A DNA stretch of 64,000 nt, from NCBI GenBank assembly GCA_934133195.1, contig CAKPAZ010000005.1, forward strand, positions 537-64,536, in the 5' to 3' direction. Made by a program: the position numbers and the translations under genes. Each line of letters starts with the position of its first letter. Positions within the stretch are counted from its first letter, which is position 1. The notes under the pieces are model-generated. The model saw only the letters and a program-made list of their open reading frames with translations, had not been told where the DNA came from and ran no database searches. This document shows positions 57,671 through 64,000 of this stretch, piece after piece. This DNA is from an uncultured Bacilli bacterium (lineage in GTDB: Bacteria; Bacillota_I; Bacilli_A; ML615J-28; CAG-313).

Positions 57671-57788
57671 TCAACAAAAGTAATTTGTAAGCATTTAATA
57701 TTTAAAAAGGCAATATAATTTCATTTTACTTTACTAATTTAAAAAAATATGATATAATAAATGCGTTATTTTCTTTGGAGGTGTAGCA

Positions 57789-58052
57789 ATGGCAAACATT
57801 AAACAACAAAAGAAACGTGATATTACTAACAACAAAAAAAGACTTTTAAATGCTTCATTTAAATCATCTTTAAAAACAGCAATTAAAGCTTTTGAAACTG
57901 CAGTAGCATCTGGCAATAAAGCACAAGCTCAAGAAGCTTTCAACTTTGCTTGCAAAAAATTAGACAAAGCAGTAGTTAAAGGTGTTTATCACAAGAATAA
58001 TGTTGCTAGACAAAAATCAAGTTTAGCAAAAGCCTTAAATCAAATGGCATAA
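57789..58052 (+). CDS. rpsT: 30S ribosomal protein S20
   Basis: 87 aa, MANIKQQKKRDITNNKKR..., canonical S20. Confidence 0.95.
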   Translation: MANIKQQKKRDITNNKKRLLNASFKSSLKTAIKAFETAVASGNKAQAQEAFNFACKKLDKAVVKGVYHKNNVARQKSSLAKALNQMA

Positions 58053-58060
58053 TTAAATAG

Positions 58061-58087
58061 AAATCGGACGAAAACGTCCGTTTTTTC
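58061..58087 (+). terminator. Rho-independent terminator of rpsT
   Basis: CGGACG-AAAA-CGTCCG followed by TTTTTT. Confidence 0.85.
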
Positions 58088-58183
58088 TTTCTAAAAATTA
58101 ACTAAAACGTTTTTAATTGCTAGTTTTAAGTTATATTTTAAAAAAATTGTTATAATAATTATTAATAGAAAAGGAGTGATAAT

Positions 58184-59911
58184 GTGATTAAAACTCTCGC
58201 AAAAAGTATTCGTGAGTATAAAAAAGCCACAATTCTTACCCCAATTATAGTATTCTTTGAGGTTGTCTTAGAATGTATAATTCCTTTTATAGTAGCTATG
58301 TTAATTGATAATATAGAGAAAGGATGTGGCTTAAACGTAATTTTAATGTATGGTGGAATTCTAACACTTATGGCTATTCTTTCTTTAACATGTGGTGCCT
58401 TCGCCGGTAAATTCTGCGCTAATGCTTCATGTGGTTTTGCAAAAAACTTAAGAAAGGATATGTTTGAAAAAATACAAACATATGCTTTTGAAAATATTGA
58501 TAAATTTCAAGCAGCATCATTAGTTACAAGACTAACAACTGATGTAACATATGTACAATGGTCATTTATGACAATTATCCGTACGGCTATAAGAAGTCCA
58601 TTTATGCTAATATTCTCATTTATTATGGGATTTGTTATGGGTGGACCAATAGCTTTTGTATATGTGTTTGTTATTCCAATTCTAACTTTTGGATTATTCT
58701 TAATAGCTAAAAAGGCTATGCCTATTTTTAGAAGAGTATTTAAAAAATATGATAACTTAAATAATTCAGTTCAAGAAAACGTAAAAAATATGCGTGTTGT
58801 AAAATCTTTCGTTCGTGAAGATTACGAAATTCACAAATTTGATTTAGCCGCAACTGATGTTTGTGCTGACTTTACAAAGGCGGAACGTATCCTTGCTTGG
58901 AATAATCCAATAATGCAATTTTGTTTATACACTATTATGATTGTTATTCTTTCATTTGGTTCATATATAGTAATTAGCAGTGCCGGTCTAAAGGTAAGTG
59001 TTAGCCAAATATCTGCCCTTCTTACTTATGGATTTCAAATACTAATGAGTCTTATGATGATTTCTATGATATATGTTATGATTACGATGTCAATTGAATC
59101 AGCTGAAAGAATATATGAAGTTTTAAGTGAAGAAACAACATTAAAGAGTCCAGAAAATCCAATATTTGAAATAAAAGATGGTTCAATTGATTTTGAAAAT
59201 GTCGAGTTTAAATATGGAAGTAGTAAAACAATTCTAAGCAACGTAAATCTACATATTTCTTCTGGGGAAACCATTGGTATTATTGGTGGTACTGGAAGTG
59301 CTAAAACAACTTTAATTCAGTTAATTTCAAGATTATATGATGTAACAGATGGATCAGTTAAAGTTGGTGGTGTGGATGTACGTGATTATGATTTATTTAC
59401 TTTAAGAGATCAAGTCGCTGTAGTGCTTCAAAAAAATATTTTATTTAGTGGTACAATTATTGAAAACCTTCGTTGGGGTAAACAAGATGCCACAATTGAT
59501 GAAATGATTCACGCCTGCAAGCTTGCTCAAGCTGATGATTTTATTAGAAGCTTCCCAGATGGATATAATACATACATTGAACAAGGTGGAGCCAATGTTT
59601 CAGGTGGTCAAAAACAAAGATTGTGTATCGCAAGAGCACTATTAAAAAATCCAAAAATTATTATTTTTGATGATTCAACTAGTGCAGTAGATACTAAAAC
59701 AGATGCTTTAATCAGAAAAGGCTTAAAAGAATATATTCCAGATACTACTAAAATAATAATTGCCCAAAGAGTTGCAAGCGTAGAAGATGCTGATAGAATA
59801 ATCGTTCTTAATAATGGTGAAATTTGTGGAATTGGTACTCATGATGAATTGTTGAAAACTAACACAATTTATAAAGAAGTATATGAATCACAAAATAAGG
59901 TAGGTGAGTAA
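58184..59911 (+). CDS. ABC exporter, fused permease/ATPase (heterodimer subunit 1)
   Basis: GTG start after AAAGGAGTG. Six TM helices. Walker A GGTGSAKTT, signature VSGGQKQR, Walker B IIIFDDSTS. Confidence 0.9.
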   Translation: MIKTLAKSIREYKKATILTPIIVFFEVVLECIIPFIVAMLIDNIEKGCGLNVILMYGGILTLMAILSLTCGAFAGKFCANASCGFAKNLRKDMFEKIQTYAFENIDKFQAASLVTRLTTDVTYVQWSFMTIIRTAIRSPFMLIFSFIMGFVMGGPIAFVYVFVIPILTFGLFLIAKKAMPIFRRVFKKYDNLNNSVQENVKNMRVVKSFVREDYEIHKFDLAATDVCADFTKAERILAWNNPIMQFCLYTIMIVILSFGSYIVISSAGLKVSVSQISALLTYGFQILMSLMMISMIYVMITMSIESAERIYEVLSEETTLKSPENPIFEIKDGSIDFENVEFKYGSSKTILSNVNLHISSGETIGIIGGTGSAKTTLIQLISRLYDVTDGSVKVGGVDVRDYDLFTLRDQVAVVLQKNILFSGTIIENLRWGKQDATIDEMIHACKLAQADDFIRSFPDGYNTYIEQGGANVSGGQKQRLCIARALLKNPKIIIFDDSTSAVDTKTDALIRKGLKEYIPDTTKIIIAQRVASVEDADRIIVLNNGEICGIGTHDELLKTNTIYKEVYESQNKVGE

Positions 59912-59912
59912 G

Positions 59913-61919
59913 ATGACTTGGATAGTATTACTTGTTGTAGTTCCTACATTGATCTTACTTGGTACAATACTTGTTTATTCAATTATTAAAATGAGTAAGT
60001 CATCAAATAAAAATACTGTTGTAAAAGAAAAAACTCCTCATCAAAAGAAAAAAGGAGTTATGGGAAGAATATTAAAAGAATTATTTAAAGCTTATCCTAC
60101 CCTTTTACCAATTACAATTGTTTTTATTGTAATAAATGCTATCGTTAGTGCAGTTCCATCAATTTTCATGCAAAAAGTAATTAGCATTATGGAAACAAGC
60201 TATAAAGCAGGTGATTGGAATAGTGTTTCTGGTTCAATAATAAAACTAGTTATAATTCTTGCGGTACTATATATAATTTCTCTTATTGCGGGAATTGTTT
60301 ACAATCAATTACTCGCTATAATAACTCAAGGTTTCTTAAAGAAAATGCGTGCTAAAATGTTTGATCATATGCAAACATTACCAATCAAATATTTTGATAC
60401 TCACAGTCATGGTGATATTATGAGTTATTATACTAATGATATTGATACCTTAAGACAATTGATATCACAAAGTATTCCTCAATTATTGATATCTGGTATT
60501 ATTGTTGTTGCGGTATTATTTATTATGTTATATTATAGCTTCATTTTAACTCTTGTTGTTATTGTAGGTGTTATATTAATATTAATCGCAACAAAAATCA
60601 TTGGTGGAAGAAGTGCTAGATACTTTATAGCTCAACAAAAAGCTATCGCTCAAACTGAAGGTTACATTGAAGAAATAATGAATGGACAAAAGGTAGTAAA
60701 AGTATTTAATCATGAAGAAAAAACAATGGAAGAGTTTAATAAAATAAATGAAGTATTGTTTGATGAATCAAATAAAGCAAATACTTTCGCGAACATGTTA
60801 ATGCCGGTTTTACATAATATTGGTAATATTTTATATGTAATTGTTGCCTTTGTTGGTGGTGTGTTATTAATAAACAATGTTACTAATCCAAGCTTTTCTC
60901 ATATGGCAATGGGAATAAGTATTGTTATTCCTTTCTTAAATATGACAAAACAATTTACAGGTAATATCAGTCAAGTATCAGGCCAAGTAAACTCAGTAGT
61001 AATGGGTATGGCTGGAGCAAGACGTATCTTCGATCTTCTAGATGAAGAATCAGAAGTAGACAATGGATATGTAACGCTTGTAAATGCGAAGATGGAAAAT
61101 GGAGAAATCGTTGAAACAAAGGAACGTACTGGTATGTGGGCATGGCGTCATCCTCATCAAGATGGTACGGTAACATATACAAAACTTTTAGGTGATGTTC
61201 AAATGTATGATGTAGACTTTGGTTATGAAGAAAATAAAATTGTTCTTCATGATGTAACGCTATATGCAAACCCTGGTCAAAAGATTGCCTTTGTTGGTGC
61301 TACAGGTGCTGGAAAAACAACAATCACTAACTTAATTAATCGTTTCTATGATATCGCTGATGGTAAAATTAGATATGATGGAATTAACATAAATAAGATT
61401 AAAAAGGCAGATCTTCGTCATTCTCTTGGAATCGTATTACAAGATACTAACCTATTTACAGGTACTGTTCTTGATAACATTCGTTATGGAAAATTAGATG
61501 CAACCGATCAAGAATGTATTGATGCGGCAATCTTAGCTGGTGCTGATGAATTTATCAATAAGATGGCTGATGGTTATAATACTTATTTAACAAATAATGG
61601 TTCTAATCTTTCTCAAGGCCAACGCCAATTAATTGCTATCGCTAGAGCTGCTGTCGCAAACCCACCAGTAATGATTCTTGATGAAGCAACATCATCAATT
61701 GATACAAGAACAGAAGCCATTGTTCAAAAAGGTATGGATGCTTTAATGAAAGGAAGAACTGTCTTTGTTATAGCTCACCGTCTTTCAACAATTAGAAATG
61801 CTGATGTTATAATGGTTCTAGATCATGGAAGAATCATTGAAAGAGGTACACACCAACAATTACTTGAAAATAAAGGTGAGTATTATCAATTGTATACTGG
61901 TGCATTTGAATTAGAATAA
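59913..61919 (+). CDS. ABC exporter, fused permease/ATPase (heterodimer subunit 2) with an extra N-terminal TM segment
   Basis: ATG at 59913 lies 5 nt after AGGTGA. Walker A GATGAGKTT, signature LSQGQRQL, Walker B VMILDEATS. Confidence 0.88.
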   Translation: MTWIVLLVVVPTLILLGTILVYSIIKMSKSSNKNTVVKEKTPHQKKKGVMGRILKELFKAYPTLLPITIVFIVINAIVSAVPSIFMQKVISIMETSYKAGDWNSVSGSIIKLVIILAVLYIISLIAGIVYNQLLAIITQGFLKKMRAKMFDHMQTLPIKYFDTHSHGDIMSYYTNDIDTLRQLISQSIPQLLISGIIVVAVLFIMLYYSFILTLVVIVGVILILIATKIIGGRSARYFIAQQKAIAQTEGYIEEIMNGQKVVKVFNHEEKTMEEFNKINEVLFDESNKANTFANMLMPVLHNIGNILYVIVAFVGGVLLINNVTNPSFSHMAMGISIVIPFLNMTKQFTGNISQVSGQVNSVVMGMAGARRIFDLLDEESEVDNGYVTLVNAKMENGEIVETKERTGMWAWRHPHQDGTVTYTKLLGDVQMYDVDFGYEENKIVLHDVTLYANPGQKIAFVGATGAGKTTITNLINRFYDIADGKIRYDGININKIKKADLRHSLGIVLQDTNLFTGTVLDNIRYGKLDATDQECIDAAILAGADEFINKMADGYNTYLTNNGSNLSQGQRQLIAIARAAVANPPVMILDEATSSIDTRTEAIVQKGMDALMKGRTVFVIAHRLSTIRNADVIMVLDHGRIIERGTHQQLLENKGEYYQLYTGAFELE

Positions 61920-61924
61920 AAAAT

Positions 61925-61973
61925 AAAGATAGAAAATGTTGATGTAAATCATCTTCAATTTCTATCTTTTTTT
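61925..61973 (+). terminator. Terminator of the ABC operon
   Basis: AAAGATAGAAA / TTTCTATCTTT 11-bp stem with a long, partly paired loop, then a T-run. Confidence 0.65.
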
Positions 61974-62007
61974 GTATTTTAATGGTAATTCAACAAATAA
62001 TATTAAT

Positions 62008-63138
62008 ATGAAAAAAATATTAATTATAATCATTCCATTTATTTTTATGATGTCATGTCAAGCGACTAAACAATCAAACACTATCCATTATAAAACAATA
62101 ATGATAAATAATAGGGAGGTCAAATATCAAAAAGTAAACGATGTAATGGATAAAGTGTTTGAAAAAGAACTAACAAATATTTATAATAATTCAATCAATA
62201 AATCTATATCATCCATAAACTGTAAAACATATATATCAAAAAATTATATTAGTTATAAGATTAAAGAAGATACAAAAGATACTACTAATCTTTATACTCT
62301 TAATTATCATTTAGATACATTAAAAAAAGTAAACTTTAACAAAACAAACTTTATAAATTGGTTAAACAAATATAACAAAGAATACAACTTTAAAGAAGAA
62401 GATTTCTTTTTTTTAAAACCTTTGATTAAAGATAACAAGGTAGAAATATATATATCCCCATACCTAACAGGAAGTTTAACAAACTATCAAGAAATGCCAT
62501 TTCGTGAAGAATTAATTAATGATACTACAGAGGAAATAAAATATGATAAAAGAATTGCATTAACTTTTGATGATGGGCCTTCAATAAAAACCAAAGAACT
62601 AGTTGACTTATTAGAAGAACTAGATGTAAAAGCTACTTTTTTTGTTTTAGGTACAAACGTCAAACAACATCCTGATGAATTAATATATATATCTAATCAC
62701 AATCATGAAATTGGTAATCATTCATATAGTCATCCAGATTTCAAAAAAATATCGGTAGAATCTGGCATCAATGAAATTAACAAAACCCAAGAAGAAATAT
62801 TCAAAGTTATTAAAAGATATCCAAGAATATTTCGTTTTCCATATGGATCAGTTAATAAAGAAGTGATAAAAAGAATTAAACTGCCAACAGTTTTATGGAA
62901 TGCGGATTCTTTAGATTGGCAGTGCTATGATTCCCAAAAAATAATAGAAAAGTTAAAAAAAGAAATGAAAGAAGATAGTGTAATACTATTTCATGATTTC
63001 AAATATTACAATAAAGTTGCTATTACAAAAATAGTAAATGACTTGAAAAATGAAGGATATACCTTCATGACAGTATCAGAATTATTTGATTATACTAGTG
63101 AAGAAAGAATTAACGCTAAAATCTATAGAATGCAATAG
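62008..63138 (+). CDS. Polysaccharide deacetylase (CE4/NodB) lipoprotein with an uncharacterised N-terminal domain
   Basis: Signal peptide with lipobox MMSC. NodB motifs LTFDDGPS and HSYSHP in the C-terminal half. The RBS is weak. Confidence 0.8.
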   Translation: MKKILIIIIPFIFMMSCQATKQSNTIHYKTIMINNREVKYQKVNDVMDKVFEKELTNIYNNSINKSISSINCKTYISKNYISYKIKEDTKDTTNLYTLNYHLDTLKKVNFNKTNFINWLNKYNKEYNFKEEDFFFLKPLIKDNKVEIYISPYLTGSLTNYQEMPFREELINDTTEEIKYDKRIALTFDDGPSIKTKELVDLLEELDVKATFFVLGTNVKQHPDELIYISNHNHEIGNHSYSHPDFKKISVESGINEINKTQEEIFKVIKRYPRIFRFPYGSVNKEVIKRIKLPTVLWNADSLDWQCYDSQKIIEKLKKEMKEDSVILFHDFKYYNKVAITKIVNDLKNEGYTFMTVSELFDYTSEERINAKIYRMQ

Positions 63139-63290
63139 GATTGAAAATAAATTATAAATAAATTATAATATAAATGGTAGGAGAATGTATAAATTTATTT
63201 ATACATATTAGGTTTTACGTTTGCTTTCCTAAATATAAAAAAGTAAATATTTATGTTTTTTAATCATATATTAAAGTAGGAGATGAAACA

Positions 63291-63977
63291 ATGAGAAAAG
63301 AAATGAGAAAATTATTTTTATTAATCTGTGTGTTTGGTCTTCTTTCTTTTGGTACATCATGTTTAACTGTGAATAATCCACTTGATAAAAATGATGACAA
63401 CACTCAAGAAGAAACAAACAAAAACACTGATGGAAATCAAGAAAAACAAGGAGAAAAAGTAGATGACAAAAATGGTGATGAAGTAATAGGTATACCAAAG
63501 GTAAACTTAGAATATACTTTCAATCATCAAGAATTAGAAGCATTCTATGAAATTTTTAAATTAAATAATCAAAGAAGATTCATGATTCCAAATACTGAAA
63601 ATGAATTATTTGCTTATTTTGATTATACTTTTACAAGTTCACCAGTTTCTCTAACTGATTGTCAAAATAAACGCTATGATATTTATTTTCCTTCATCAAA
63701 ACTATATTTTGATTTTTCTTCAACGGGACCAAATAGTACCTTTATAAGCAAAGAAGTTGGTATTAAGGGAATTCTTTATGATATTTCTGAATTTGAATTT
63801 ACAAACTATCTTGTTGAAATAAAAGAAATTCAAAATGTTGGTACTTACAAAATAAGTACTTATGATATTATAGTTGATGGAAACGTAATTGGAAACTTTG
63901 AATTAAAGACTATGTTTGGAAATATCGATGACATCTTTAACGCTGTTAGAAAAATGTTTTCAAATAAGAATAACTAA
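63291..63977 (+). CDS. Hypothetical lipoprotein (228 aa)
   Basis: Signal peptide with lipobox GTSC, a D/E/K/N-rich linker, then a beta-rich domain. RBS GGAGA. No family was recognised. Confidence 0.55.
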   Translation: MRKEMRKLFLLICVFGLLSFGTSCLTVNNPLDKNDDNTQEETNKNTDGNQEKQGEKVDDKNGDEVIGIPKVNLEYTFNHQELEAFYEIFKLNNQRRFMIPNTENELFAYFDYTFTSSPVSLTDCQNKRYDIYFPSSKLYFDFSSTGPNSTFISKEVGIKGILYDISEFEFTNYLVEIKEIQNVGTYKISTYDIIVDGNVIGNFELKTMFGNIDDIFNAVRKMFSNKNN

Positions 63978-64000
63978 AATAAATAAACAAAGAGGACTAG

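Noticed and set aside
60060-60062. Internal ATG after AAAAGGAG as the true start of the second ABC subunit, which would leave a separate micro-ORF at 59913-60059.
   Set aside because: Only 2 nt separate the SD-like GGAG from the ATG, and there is no stop codon between 59913 and 60060. A single ORF from 59913 is the simpler reading; the oddity is kept as a low-interest finding.
60967-61269. His-rich 100-aa minus-strand ORF inside the ABC transporter gene, and a similar His/Leu-rich ORF at 63271-63498.
   Set aside because: Both are antisense to well-supported coding sequence, have no RBS, and their composition mirrors the acidic/lysine-rich sense codons.
1-64000. I looked for CRISPR arrays, IS elements or transposases, integrases, phage or plasmid genes, toxin-antitoxin pairs, rRNA, long dispersed repeats and abrupt compositional islands.
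   Set aside because: None was seen by eye. The only strongly GC-enriched spots are the tRNA-Leu gene and about 90 nt inside the small ORF at 38252. A computational repeat and k-mer scan would be needed to exclude subtle dispersed repeats.

Overview
The window is AT-rich (roughly 30% GC by eye) chromosomal DNA from a low-GC Bacillota-type bacterium. It uses the standard genetic code: TGA acts as a stop (for example the yhhQ-like gene) and Trp is encoded by TGG. Almost all of it is densely packed core genome with Bacillus-like local synteny: dnaD-nth, rqcH/gmk-rpoZ, rpsL-rpsG-fusA-tuf, mnmA-recD2, addB-addA, comEA-comEC, walJ-rlmH and cysK-cysE. It also holds rpsT, uvrB, ychF, cca, yhaM, a class A PBP and one tRNA-Leu(CAA). 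I saw no CRISPR array, transposase, integrase, phage genes, rRNA or obvious defence island. Five items stood out as unusual. (1) Two tandem paralogous envelope proteins of 848 and 1056 aa each look like a head-to-tail duplication of a PrsA-like foldase module; they sit divergent from an unannotated 29-aa YjcZ-like micro-ORF and a repeat-rich control region. (2) An apparently single 10.4-kb transcription unit joins a minimal AddB/AddA to a monoderm RND exporter with a large loop insertion and a zinc-ribbon acyltransferase. (3) There is an acyltransferase / lipid-kinase / acyltransferase operon. (4) A translationally coupled cca-yhaM pair includes a 100-aa C-terminal extension on the CCA enzyme. 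(5) Several small or orphan membrane proteins and one structured intergenic region could encode an sRNA. All functional calls come from motif recognition by eye. No database search was run, and none of the unusual items is proven novel.
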